Below are positions 21,077 through 30,536 of a DNA stretch of 32,000 nucleotides, in pieces. How positions within the stretch are numbered: position 1 is the stretch's first letter; the number at the start of each line of letters is the position of its first letter. The notes under the pieces were generated by a model, which saw only the letters and a program-made list of their open reading frames with translations, was not told where the DNA came from and made no database searches. A program made the translations under genes and the position numbers. This DNA comes from Aliivibrio fischeri ES114 (GTDB lineage Bacteria; Pseudomonadota; Gammaproteobacteria; Enterobacterales; Vibrionaceae): assembly GCF_000011805.1 (NCBI RefSeq), contig NC_006840.2; one strand, given 5' to 3'.

Positions 21077-22678
21077 CTAGATTTTAAAAACCTTCATTTT
21101 TGACTCTAACTCTTCTGCATTTTTCTGCATTTCTTCTGAGGTTTCCGTTAATTCAGTCATCACCACAACAGAAGCATCAACCAACTCTCTCACATTGGTT
21201 AGGTTTTGATCCATTTCTTCTGCTACGCTGCTTTGTTGATCAGCCGCACTTGCGATCTGGAAATTCATTTCGTTGATTTTATTTACTTGCTCAACAATGC
21301 GATCGAGTTCAGATCCTGCATTCGTAACAAGTTCAACGCCTTCCGCCGCTTCAACTACGCTTTTTTCCATCAACTCTACTGCTTGATTAGCACTATTTTG
21401 AAGTTGCGTGATCATATCTTGAATTTCGACTGTTGCTCCTTGAGTGCTTTGAGCAAGATTTCTCACTTCATCGGCAACAACTGCAAAACCACGACCAGCA
21501 TCACCAGCACGAGCAGCTTCAATTGCCGCATTAAGAGCAAGTAAGTTAGTTTGTTCTGAAATACCACGAATGGTTTCAACAACAGAGCTAATAGAAACCA
21601 CTCGTTCTTCAACTTGATTGACCACTTCAGCTGACGCTGCAATATCGCCAGACAATGCTTGGATCTTAACAATCGTACCTTCTACAAACTCTTGACCAAT
21701 ATTCGCTTGAGATTGAGCTTGTTCAGTTCCAATTGAAGCATTACGTGCATTCTCAGCCACATTTTGAACCGTTGAGTTCATTTCACTCATCGCTGTTGCT
21801 AGCTGGTCAATTTCTGCAAACTCCTCTTGAGCCGCTTCCTTTGTACCTTCCATACTAATAGTCATGATTTCAGTTAAACCCGCTAGCTCTTGAGAAGCTG
21901 ATAACTGAGTCTCAACAACACTCTTTAGTTGTAATCGTGTTTTATTCAACTCTCTTGCTAAATCACCAAATTCATCTTTACAGTTCATCTCTACTGGCTC
22001 TGATAAATTTTGCTCCGCGATCTGCTTCATTGACGTATTCAAATATTTCATTTGTCTCAACATAATGCTTGAAGCACCAAGTAAAATAACCATGAATGAC
22101 ACAATCATTGCCAAGGTTTGCCAGATCACTTGTGTGAGATAATCTTGATAATATTGCTCTGCAACACTGGCTGATTGAGAGGCCACAACAACCCAGTTAT
22201 GATCTGGAACTTTAACGGCTGACTCATATCGAGTGTGATCAAGTAATGAATAGGTTTTATTAGAAGCGAGTTGTTCAAATACTTTTTGCAATGACCCACC
22301 GTCGTCTAGCGATTGAGTCAAAGATGACAGTGCTGTCGCTGATTGGTGCCCAAAGACTTTACCACTATCACGATCAATAACATAAATGTAGTTACCATCT
22401 TTCCAGCCCTTAGCTTGAATTGTGATGGCTTCTGCAGCTAACTCTTTTCCTTCAGCGTTATAATTAAGTAGACGATTAACAAGTTCAGCATTCGCCATTG
22501 CTGATTCTTGTGCTCGCTCTTTCTGAATAGTAATAACGGATTGATAAAATGTGTTTGCATCCCATAACTGTTTCGTTACCAACAATATAGTACTAAATAC
22601 CATTAACATGACCAACTTTGGTACCAGTTTAATATCGGTGACTAGCCTTTCCCATGGCTTAAACGTTATTACTGACAT
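21077..22678 (-). CDS. Methyl-accepting chemotaxis protein with extracytoplasmic single-Cache-like sensor
   Basis: TM, ~150 aa periplasmic region ([16 protein letters not shown]-like, here [17 protein letters not shown]), TM, HAMP, and signalling hairpin [34 protein letters not shown]. Confidence 0.94.
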   Translation of the reverse strand: MSVITFKPWERLVTDIKLVPKLVMLMVFSTILLVTKQLWDANTFYQSVITIQKERAQESAMANAELVNRLLNYNAEGKELAAEAITIQAKGWKDGNYIYVIDRDSGKVFGHQSATALSSLTQSLDDGGSLQKVFEQLASNKTYSLLDHTRYESAVKVPDHNWVVVASQSASVAEQYYQDYLTQVIWQTLAMIVSFMVILLGASSIMLRQMKYLNTSMKQIAEQNLSEPVEMNCKDEFGDLARELNKTRLQLKSVVETQLSASQELAGLTEIMTISMEGTKEAAQEEFAEIDQLATAMSEMNSTVQNVAENARNASIGTEQAQSQANIGQEFVEGTIVKIQALSGDIAASAEVVNQVEERVVSISSVVETIRGISEQTNLLALNAAIEAARAGDAGRGFAVVADEVRNLAQSTQGATVEIQDMITQLQNSANQAVELMEKSVVEAAEGVELVTNAGSELDRIVEQVNKINEMNFQIASAADQQSSVAEEMDQNLTNVRELVDASVVVMTELTETSEEMQKNAEELESKMKVFKI

Positions 22679-22715
22679 AGTTTCTCCCGCAACCTTTCAG
22701 AATTAAATTTTTTAG

Positions 22716-22739
22716 TGCATGATAAAAATGCTTCATGCA
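22716..22739. promoter_or_regulatory. Perfect inverted repeat between MCP and ion channel genes
   Basis: TGCATGA-(10 nt)-TCATGCA. Confidence 0.35.
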
Positions 22740-22784
22740 GATACACACATCACTTTTGTTTTTAACGGAAATGCATAAATAATT

Positions 22785-23549
22785 ATGATGAATCATAACA
22801 AAGTTGACCTTAAACCGATGAGCTTAATGTCACTGATACTTTCCTTTTTATCGCTAATTGTGATCTCTAGCTTACTGTTTGTACCACTAGAACATAATAG
22901 CCGCACAATACTGATCGCACTTGATACTATTATCTGCGTACTCTTTTTATTTCAACTATCTCTAGACTTATTCCGAACAAAACATAAAACACAATATTTA
23001 AAAGATCATTGGATAGATTTTGTTGCTAGCATTCCGATTATTGAACCTGTTCGTTATGCTCGTATTTTTCACATTCTGCGTGTTTTCCGCTTACTGCGTT
23101 CTAGCCAATCATTACTAAAACAAATCCGTTCAAATCGAAAAGAGGCCACGATTGCTTCTATTTTAGTATTAATGGTTAGCCTTATTTCGTTAGGCTCTGT
23201 CTTTATGTTGATGTTTGAAGGCCATAACCCTAACGCTAACATACAAACCGCAGGAGATGCTGTATGGTGGGCCTTTGTGACTATTTCAACAGTTGGATAC
23301 GGGGACCATTATCCAATAACAGTGGCAGGAAAAATTTTAGCTGTAATGATTATTTTATCTGGTGTTGGCATTTTCGGTATGATCTCAGGCTTAATAACAT
23401 CGATCATCACAGAGCCTGCAAAACTAGAACAAAGACGACATGAACAACAAGAAAAGCGAGAAAGAGATGAAAAAATCAATTTACTCTTACAACAGCAAGC
23501 TGAAATTCTGAAAAAAATTGAATTAATTGAAAATAAAAAAGAGAAGTAA
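22785..23549 (+). CDS. Voltage-gated-type potassium channel (6TM, with C-terminal coiled coil)
   Basis: Arginine-rich S4-like segment RYARIFHILRVFRLLRSSQSLLKQIRSNRK and K+ selectivity filter TISTVGYGDHYP; charged heptad-like tail. Confidence 0.88.
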   Translation: MMNHNKVDLKPMSLMSLILSFLSLIVISSLLFVPLEHNSRTILIALDTIICVLFLFQLSLDLFRTKHKTQYLKDHWIDFVASIPIIEPVRYARIFHILRVFRLLRSSQSLLKQIRSNRKEATIASILVLMVSLISLGSVFMLMFEGHNPNANIQTAGDAVWWAFVTISTVGYGDHYPITVAGKILAVMIILSGVGIFGMISGLITSIITEPAKLEQRRHEQQEKRERDEKINLLLQQQAEILKKIELIENKKEK

Positions 23550-23629
23550 TCAACCCAATGTAGGGAGATGACTTCTCTTCTTTGTTAATCCTAACTCTTA
23601 TTAACTAAGAGTTGGATAAATAACTACCG

Positions 23630-25147
23630 CTATTGCCAATAAGGAGGATACTCAAGCCCTGCTCGACGAGTTTGCTCCATAGCATGCAAAATTGATCGCT
23701 CTTGACGCAACAACCAACGCTCAAGTTGCTCTTTCTCTTCTTCATCTTCCAGAAGCTGCACTCTTGAACGTAATGGCTCTAAACTCATCAAATCACCAAT
23801 ACCTTGTAATAAATCTAACCAAGGTAATCGGAATCCTTTTCTTCGCTCTTCATCATAAATAAGAGCAAAACAAGTACCTGTCATCAAATTACGGCGTAAA
23901 CGCATTTTCTGTTTAAAGTAATCAACAGGTAATAATTGATTTTCAGTAGAGAAAGCAGAATCTAACGCTTCCCAAGTACGATCAAGCAATATACCAGAAT
24001 GACTATCAATAGATTCTTGTAACACTTGACGTTTTTTATCATCAAGGAAAGGCTGCCAATCACGAGTTAAAATCCAACGACTTAAATCCAGCAGTAGCCC
24101 ACAATAACGAGCCGACATCAGCAACTTCATCATTGCATCCGTCGTTGGTAACGCTTCCGCACTCTCTTTTAAGCTAGCAACTAAAAATTTACGTGCATCT
24201 AATTTTCTTAACACGTGGCCTTTTTCTTCTATTAAATACTCAAGGTGTTCAGACTCATCAAGCCAATGCAACTCTTCTTCTAACCATTTCAGCTCTTGAC
24301 GCAATAACTCACTGGCTCGTTTTGGCACCATTTCACCAAATACCAAGAAAATTTGTCGTAAGAATGCGATAGCAATACGAATTTCTTGTAGTGCTAATTT
24401 ATCCTGAGTATCGATATAAATTTGTTCATGATAATGCCAATGTGACAACGCATGTTCTAGAGAATTAACAAAGCACGTTTCTACACTATCGCTTGATTCG
24501 GTTCTTACTAATGTTAACGGTTTTACGCTATCCGCAGGCGTATCCATCGCTAAACGATACCCTTTTGCCGCTTTACTTTGGTTGCCCAATCGCATTCCAC
24601 CAGAGCTACACAAATCACGAGCTAGAGTAAATAGAGCATCCGTTTGACCCGATTTCAGTTCTAATTCCACTTCACAAATCGGTGTAGTTTTATCACCCGA
24701 AATCACCTCACCTTGGTCAAATGCCAATTCAATTTCACTGCCATCAGGCATAGCAACTAACCATTGTTGACGAACAAAATTGGTAGAAAAAAGAGGAGAA
24801 AGTTGCTGCTGAAGATCTTCTAAAGCAATGTCATCAGGCCATGCATCGGAAGGATGTAAATAGACATTTGGAATGTCAGAATCGTGATCTGCATTGTATT
24901 CTGGTCGTTGATGCAAACCAGCAACAACTCTTCCCGCAGTCTTTAATGTTTGAATGCGTTCATCATTAAATCGTCGGATTCTAAGTCCAGTATCATGCTT
25001 ACGAAGATGCTGTTCAGGAGTATCAAAATAGATGTTTCCTAGGTTAAGACAGCTTTGTTCTATGACTTTCGCGCCTGAAATTTTGTCTATAATAGTGTCT
25101 ACAAACTCAGGAAATACAAAAAATTTCAATTCTATTTCAGTTTCCAT
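23630..25147 (-). CDS. ygiF: Inorganic triphosphatase YgiF family (CYTH + CHAD domains)
   Basis: N-terminal CYTH signature METEIELKF (ExExK), LRIRRFNDERIQTLKT, KAAKGYRLAM, followed by His/Arg-rich helical CHAD-like C-terminus. Start chosen at METEIELKFFV with GAGG RBS (track start 25207 not supported). Confidence 0.9.
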   Translation of the reverse strand: METEIELKFFVFPEFVDTIIDKISGAKVIEQSCLNLGNIYFDTPEQHLRKHDTGLRIRRFNDERIQTLKTAGRVVAGLHQRPEYNADHDSDIPNVYLHPSDAWPDDIALEDLQQQLSPLFSTNFVRQQWLVAMPDGSEIELAFDQGEVISGDKTTPICEVELELKSGQTDALFTLARDLCSSGGMRLGNQSKAAKGYRLAMDTPADSVKPLTLVRTESSDSVETCFVNSLEHALSHWHYHEQIYIDTQDKLALQEIRIAIAFLRQIFLVFGEMVPKRASELLRQELKWLEEELHWLDESEHLEYLIEEKGHVLRKLDARKFLVASLKESAEALPTTDAMMKLLMSARYCGLLLDLSRWILTRDWQPFLDDKKRQVLQESIDSHSGILLDRTWEALDSAFSTENQLLPVDYFKQKMRLRRNLMTGTCFALIYDEERRKGFRLPWLDLLQGIGDLMSLEPLRSRVQLLEDEEEKEQLERWLLRQERSILHAMEQTRRAGLEYPPYWQ

Positions 25148-25332
25148 AATGACCTCATAACCGTTGTCTTTCCAAGGATATGGCTTAAACTGTTCGGTAT
25201 CAAGCAAGAAATAATGCCCAAACCATGATCTAAAGTAGTTTTATTGAGTCTAGGATTGGGTTAACATTCGCGCCTTTATGGCCATCGTCTAACAAATCAC
25301 CATTAGGTGCTTGTTTTATAGGTTAAGAAACC

Positions 25333-26013
25333 ATGCCAGTAAATACTATTATGGGGTTATTCGCAAAGTCCCCTATGAAACCTTTGCAGCGTCACGTTGT
25401 TTGTGTCAATGAATGCTGCTCACTTCTTGTTCCGTTTTTCGAAACGTGCACAAAAGGTGATTGGGAAAAAGCGAATGAAATTCGTACGCAGATTTCTCAT
25501 TTAGAGAAAGAAGCGGATGTATTAAAACGTGAAATCCGTTTGAAGCTTCCACGCGGTTTATTCATGCCAGTTGATCGTACCGATATGCTTGGTCTTTTAA
25601 CTCAGCAAGATAAACTTGCTAACTTAGCTAAAGATATTGCTGGCCGCGTTGTTGGTCGCCAACTTGAAATTCCAAGCTCCATGCAGGATGCATTTTTAGC
25701 TTATGTTCAACGCTGTTTAGATGCTGCTAGTCAAGCACAAGAAGTAATCAGCGAATTGGACGAGCTATTGGAAACAGGCTTTAAAGGACGTGAAGTCACT
25801 TTGGTTGCAGAGATGATCAATAAATTAGATATCATTGAAGATGATACTGATGAATTGCAAATTAAACTGCGCCAACAACTCATGAGCATCGAACACAAGT
25901 ACAATCCGATCGATGTTATGTTCCTTTATAAAATCCTTGAGTGGGTTGGCGGCATTGCCGACCAAGCACAACGTGTTGGTTCTCGTTTAGAACTAATGCT
26001 ATCTCGCTCATAA
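25333..26013 (+). CDS. TIGR00153/DUF47 (PhoU-like) family protein, PiT accessory
   Basis: MPVNTIMGLFAKSPMKPLQRHV... helical PhoU-like sequence directly upstream of a PiT transporter. Confidence 0.9.
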   Translation: MPVNTIMGLFAKSPMKPLQRHVVCVNECCSLLVPFFETCTKGDWEKANEIRTQISHLEKEADVLKREIRLKLPRGLFMPVDRTDMLGLLTQQDKLANLAKDIAGRVVGRQLEIPSSMQDAFLAYVQRCLDAASQAQEVISELDELLETGFKGREVTLVAEMINKLDIIEDDTDELQIKLRQQLMSIEHKYNPIDVMFLYKILEWVGGIADQAQRVGSRLELMLSRS

Positions 26014-26040
26014 GTTTGTGATTCAGTAACAGGTAATACA

Positions 26041-27321
26041 ATGGATATTCTTGCTAACTACGGCACGACCCTTATTTTAATCGCAGCCTTCTTTGGCTTC
26101 CTTATGGCTATTGGTATTGGTGCAAATGATGTTGCCAATGCAATGGGCACATCTGTAGGGTCTAAAGCACTAACAGTAAAACAAGCAATCATCATTGCTA
26201 TGATCTTCGAATTTGCAGGGGCATACCTTGCAGGTGGTGAGGTTACAGATACAATCCGCAAAGGGGTAATTGATACCTCTCTATTCGCTAGCCAGCCTGA
26301 AGTGTTAGTTTACGGTATGAGGTCAGCACTAGTTGCTGCTGGTACTTGGCTATTACTTGCTTCTTACATGGGCTGGCCAGTATCAACAACTCACTCAATC
26401 ATTGGTGCTATCATTGGTTTCGCGTGTGTTGCTGTTGGTACTGAAGCGGTTGATTGGAGCTCAGTTCAAGGTATCGTTGGTAGTTGGTTAATTACCCCGC
26501 TTATCTCTGGTATCTTTGCTTATATGATATTTATCAGTGCTCAACGACTGATATTCGATACAGATAAGCCACTGATGAATGCGAAACGTTTTGTTCCTGT
26601 TTACATGTTCATTACGACTATGGTTATTGCTCTTGTTACGATCAAAAAAGGTCTAAAACATGTTGGCTTACATCTAAGTAATGGTGAGGCATGGGTTGCT
26701 TCTGCAGGTATTTCTGCATTAGTAATGGTTGGTGGTTACATGTATATTTCTCGTAAGTTTGCAAACACGGTAAACGATGAGAAAGACAGCCGTGGTTTTA
26801 CTGGCGTAGAAAGTATCTTCAGTACACTTATGGTTATCACTGCGTGTGCGATGGCTTTCGCTCACGGTTCAAACGATGTTGCTAATGCGATCGGTCCTCT
26901 ATCTGCTGTTGTTTCAACAGTTGAACACATGGGCGAAATCACAGCGAAAAGTACAATTGCTTGGTGGATCCTTCCTCTAGGTGGTATTGGTATCGTTGTA
27001 GGTCTTGCAACATTAGGTCACAAAGTGATGGCAACAGTTGGTACTGGTATTACAGAACTGACTCCTAGCCGTGGTTTTGCTGCTCAACTAGCAACAGCCT
27101 CAACGGTTGTATTAGCATCAGGTACTGGTCTTCCAATCTCTACAACCCAAACACTTGTTGGTGCGGTTCTAGGTGTTGGTTTTGCTCGTGGTATTGGCGC
27201 ACTAAACTTAGGTGTTGTTCGTAACATTGTGGCATCTTGGGTTGTTACCCTGCCTGCTGGTGCGTTATTAGCCGTTGTTTTCTACTACGGAATGCAAGCG
27301 CTCTTCGGTATCGGCGCATAA
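26041..27321 (+). CDS. Inorganic phosphate transporter, PiT family
   Basis: Duplicated PiT motifs: GANDVANAMGTSVGSKALT and HGSNDVANAIGPLSAVVSTVE. Confidence 0.95.
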   Translation: MDILANYGTTLILIAAFFGFLMAIGIGANDVANAMGTSVGSKALTVKQAIIIAMIFEFAGAYLAGGEVTDTIRKGVIDTSLFASQPEVLVYGMRSALVAAGTWLLLASYMGWPVSTTHSIIGAIIGFACVAVGTEAVDWSSVQGIVGSWLITPLISGIFAYMIFISAQRLIFDTDKPLMNAKRFVPVYMFITTMVIALVTIKKGLKHVGLHLSNGEAWVASAGISALVMVGGYMYISRKFANTVNDEKDSRGFTGVESIFSTLMVITACAMAFAHGSNDVANAIGPLSAVVSTVEHMGEITAKSTIAWWILPLGGIGIVVGLATLGHKVMATVGTGITELTPSRGFAAQLATASTVVLASGTGLPISTTQTLVGAVLGVGFARGIGALNLGVVRNIVASWVVTLPAGALLAVVFYYGMQALFGIGA

Positions 27322-27348
27322 GCGTAATCAATTTTGCAACAATGGCAC

Positions 27349-27376
27349 AAAGAGGAGAGTAATATCTCCTCTTTTC
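27349..27376 (+). terminator. Terminator after PiT transporter gene
   Basis: AAAGAGGAGA-gtaata-TCTCCTCTTTTC, 10-bp stem. Confidence 0.8.
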
Positions 27377-27489
27377 TTGCATCTGGGCCTAATTATTTTT
27401 AGTATCTATACCTTCGTTTGAATCAATCAGATATCAACACTTGATGATCTGAAAATGATTCAGGGCCCATTTTTCAAAGGAATATTATT

Positions 27490-28101
27490 GTGAAGCATTT
27501 TATTAGCCTGATTCTACTTGCTTGGGCTATTGCTGCGCCAGCACAAGCTCAAACTCGTTATATTTCTGATAACCTGTTTACTTACATGCATTCAGGTCCA
27601 AGTAACCAATATAAAATTATTGGTAGTGTTAATGCCGGTGATCGCATCACTCAATTAGCAAGTAACAGAAGTACTGGCTTTACGCAAATCGTAGACACTA
27701 AAGGTCGTAAAGGCTGGGTTGAAAGTAAGTTTGTTTCTCGTCAACCAGGTTTAGGTGAACGTCTACCAAAAGTTGAAGAAGAATTAGCTTCAGTTAAAAC
27801 GCAACTTGCTAACGCACGTAAAGCGGCTAACAATGAAAAAGCTGGATTAGCTGATAGCTTAGAGCAACGTAATAAGCAAATTCAGGATTTAGAGCAAAGC
27901 TACAGCGATGTAAATAATCAGCTAATCAGCTCTCAAACAGAAGTTCGTGAACTACGAGCTAAGCTTGATACGCAAAAAGAAGACTTACTACTAAAATACT
28001 TTATGTACGGCGGTGGTGTAGCTGGTATTGGTCTACTGTTTGGCTTACTGCTACCACACATGATCCCAAGTCGTAAGAAGAAACCAAATGGTTGGTCTTA
28101 A
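27490..28101 (+). CDS. TIGR04211 family SH3-domain protein (YgiM-like)
   Basis: GTG start after AAAGGAA; signal peptide, bacterial SH3 (YISDNLFTYMHSGPSNQYKIIGSVNAGDRITQL), coiled coil, C-terminal TM and basic tail; conserved position before cca. Confidence 0.88.
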   Translation: MKHFISLILLAWAIAAPAQAQTRYISDNLFTYMHSGPSNQYKIIGSVNAGDRITQLASNRSTGFTQIVDTKGRKGWVESKFVSRQPGLGERLPKVEEELASVKTQLANARKAANNEKAGLADSLEQRNKQIQDLEQSYSDVNNQLISSQTEVRELRAKLDTQKEDLLLKYFMYGGGVAGIGLLFGLLLPHMIPSRKKKPNGWS

Positions 28102-28120
28102 TCAATAAGTTTTATGACAT

Positions 28121-28150
28121 AAAAAAGCTCAGATTATTCTGAGCTTTTTT
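28121..28150. terminator. Bidirectional terminator between SH3 protein gene and gspB
   Basis: AAAAAAGCTCAG...CTGAGCTTTTTT. Confidence 0.88.
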
Positions 28151-28164
28151 GTATGTGTTACAAA

Positions 28165-28842
28165 TTACCCTTTCCATTCATACAGAGCAGGAATTTCAAT
28201 TTTCTGTCCTTTAAATTCAACAACCACGTTTCTTGGATTAATTTCTAACAAAGAAGTATTCGATGTAATGTGTCCACCAATATTCACTTCTTTCCCATTA
28301 ACTTTTACCCAACGACGGCTTGGTTTCGATGTGTAGTTATGCGTTTGAAAATTCATTGCAGGTAGGCGACCTATAAATTGACCTGCATTTTTATCTAATG
28401 CGACCACGCCAGACTTAATCTCGGACTCTTCTGTTTCTGGTTCAATATATTCCTGTTCCGGATCGCTCAATATCGATTCAAACCGAGCAGCCAATTCCGG
28501 AGACAACTCAGACAAGTCCAATTCATTCACATTGAAATCACCAGAATCCCCCATGCTTTTATTTTTTGCTACCACCTTTGTTTCGGGTTCTGAAACCAAA
28601 GGAGGTGAAGTCGTATTACCTTTATTTTTAGCTGACGACACTAATGCGAGCTTCGTTGCTTGAATAGGTAATTTTTGAGTATCTACCTCTGGAAATGAAA
28701 GCTCTGTATAGGTAGAAGGTGGAATAATGATCTCTTGCTGCTGAGCTTGATAATAAGGCCAAACTATATAAGCACTAAGCGATAACGGAGGTAGAATAAT
28801 AATCACACCAATGAGTACGGGAGATATCGATTTCGACAACAT
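28165..28842 (-). CDS. gspB: General secretion pathway protein B (ExeB/GspB)
   Basis: Single TM near N-terminus and C-terminal GspB domain (LPAMNFQTHNYTSKPSRRWVKVNGKEVNIGG...NPRNVVVEFKGQKIEIPAL). Start with AAGGAG RBS. Confidence 0.83.
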   Translation of the reverse strand: MLSKSISPVLIGVIIILPPLSLSAYIVWPYYQAQQQEIIIPPSTYTELSFPEVDTQKLPIQATKLALVSSAKNKGNTTSPPLVSEPETKVVAKNKSMGDSGDFNVNELDLSELSPELAARFESILSDPEQEYIEPETEESEIKSGVVALDKNAGQFIGRLPAMNFQTHNYTSKPSRRWVKVNGKEVNIGGHITSNTSLLEINPRNVVVEFKGQKIEIPALYEWKG

Positions 28843-28843
28843 A

Positions 28844-30400
28844 TTAATCTTCTCCTTGTAATAACGGAGCATTTGCATTGGTAACACTATCCAACCACAT
28901 CAAAGTACTAGAACCAGCAATGCCGTCCTCTTTCAAACCAAAAATTTCCTGAAACTGCTTCACTTGTTGTTCCGTTTTTTCATCGAAGAAATCTGACTCA
29001 ATCATAGGCTGCTCTAGCGCGGTTGAAAGTAGGTGATTTAATGCAAAAATAGCTTCACCTTCGTCTCCTTTTCGCATCGCACGCTCTGTAATTATTGGCT
29101 TTTGCCATAATTGCACGTATGCCCCATTCCAGTGGCGACTAAACCATTGGTGTGATACTTCCACACGCTTAGAAGGAAGCAACAACTCAATACCTTTAGA
29201 GCTCACACGATATACAATAGCTAGCAGACCTTCGCCAGAATATTCTTGTAACCAAACAACCGCAGGACGATTCACAGCAAGCAAATCATTTAACGTTCCG
29301 TTGTCATCTAAACAATATAATTGCGCACGTTTTGCATTGGTACAGTTAGCTTGGAATGAATTGACAGAGTAGCCCCATACGGAAAGTAACTGTTTAAATG
29401 CATCAGATTGATCATGAAACCCCACTAAAGGCGCTTCAACAACTGGTTCTTGTATTGGAAAATGCTTATCTAAATAACTAGGCAGCATAGAATAAATGCC
29501 AAAGCACAACAAAGCCGATACACCGATAGCGGCTAACGGAATAAAGCGACGCGCTTGAATATTTATAGATGAATGTTCAGTAGTAGAAACAACCTGCCAG
29601 TCAAGAACCAACTCACTTGCTTTTTTAAGCGCCGCTTGATCTATTTTTTGATTGCCATTTTGATAGCTCACCCACAATGCTTTATCACATAATAAGTTAA
29701 CTAAACGAGGTACCCCATTTGAGTACTGAGCAATTTTTTTAATTAATGATGAAGAAAATAACGAAGTATCTCCACCAGCTACGCCTAAACGGTGGACAAT
29801 ATAATGTTCAATCTCTTGTGGCGTTAATGGTAATAAGTGGTATCTCGCAGTAATTCGCTGCGCTAATTGTCGTAAATTCGTTTGCTGCAATTTTTGCTGC
29901 AGTTCAGGCTGACCAATTAATAAGACTTTTAATAGCTTATCGCTATCGGTTTCAAAGTTTGTTAATAAGCGCAGCTGCTCAAGAACATCAGGGCCAAGAT
30001 GCTGAGCTTCGTCGATAGCAACAATGGTCTGGTAGCCTTTTTCGTTTTCACTTTTTAAGTAGTGAACAATGTTATCGGTTAGCTGCTTTAATGAAGCAAG
30101 AGAAGAATACGCAATTTCAAATTCATCGCAAATCGCTTCTAATAGTTCTTGAGCACTAAACATAGGGTTTAAAATTAAAGCTAAATTCACCTTTTCATCT
30201 AACTGAGAAAATAACGCTCTTGAAACCGTTGTTTTACCTGTCCCTACTTCCCCAGTTAATAATGCAAAACCACCACCTTGCCCTAAACCAGATAATAGGT
30301 AATTCAATGCTTCTTTATGACGCTCACTTAGATAAAGAAATCGTGCATTCGGGGTCATTGAAAATGGCAACTCATCAAAGCCAAAAAAATCTTGGTACAT
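28844..30400 (-). CDS. gspA: General secretion pathway protein A (ExeA/GspA), AAA+ ATPase with peptidoglycan-binding domain
   Basis: MYQDFFGFDELPFSMTPNARFLYLS, Walker A GEVGTGKTTVSR, Walker B TIVAIDEAQHL, TM, C-terminal PG-binding region (LKLLPGxx-like, QFQEIFGLKEDGIAGSSTLMWLD). Confidence 0.9.
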   Translation of the reverse strand: MYQDFFGFDELPFSMTPNARFLYLSERHKEALNYLLSGLGQGGGFALLTGEVGTGKTTVSRALFSQLDEKVNLALILNPMFSAQELLEAICDEFEIAYSSLASLKQLTDNIVHYLKSENEKGYQTIVAIDEAQHLGPDVLEQLRLLTNFETDSDKLLKVLLIGQPELQQKLQQTNLRQLAQRITARYHLLPLTPQEIEHYIVHRLGVAGGDTSLFSSSLIKKIAQYSNGVPRLVNLLCDKALWVSYQNGNQKIDQAALKKASELVLDWQVVSTTEHSSINIQARRFIPLAAIGVSALLCFGIYSMLPSYLDKHFPIQEPVVEAPLVGFHDQSDAFKQLLSVWGYSVNSFQANCTNAKRAQLYCLDDNGTLNDLLAVNRPAVVWLQEYSGEGLLAIVYRVSSKGIELLLPSKRVEVSHQWFSRHWNGAYVQLWQKPIITERAMRKGDEGEAIFALNHLLSTALEQPMIESDFFDEKTEQQVKQFQEIFGLKEDGIAGSSTLMWLDSVTNANAPLLQGED

Positions 30401-30536
30401 AAGGTTAAATCTATCCTAATCAGCTCAACAAAAAAAGCATGGGAATAAAAAGTCGAAAAACTCTATTTGCACGGTATCATTGGATGTAAGAAAGTAAAGA
30501 AAGTTCTCTTTATCTTGGCAGCGATTAGGACAAAAC

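Noticed and set aside
23535-23625. Terminator candidates between convergent channel gene and ygiF (GAGAAGT...ACTTCTC; ATCCTAACTCTTA...TAAGAGTTGGAT)
   Set aside because: Some termination here is likely, but one candidate has a long loop and includes the stop codon and the other has a bulge and no clean U-tract; not assigned as a confident feature.
25148-25207. 20-aa N-terminal extension of ygiF (MLDTEQFKPYPWKDNGYEVI)
   Set aside because: CYTH proteins start at MExExxLK; GAGG lies properly before the internal ATG.
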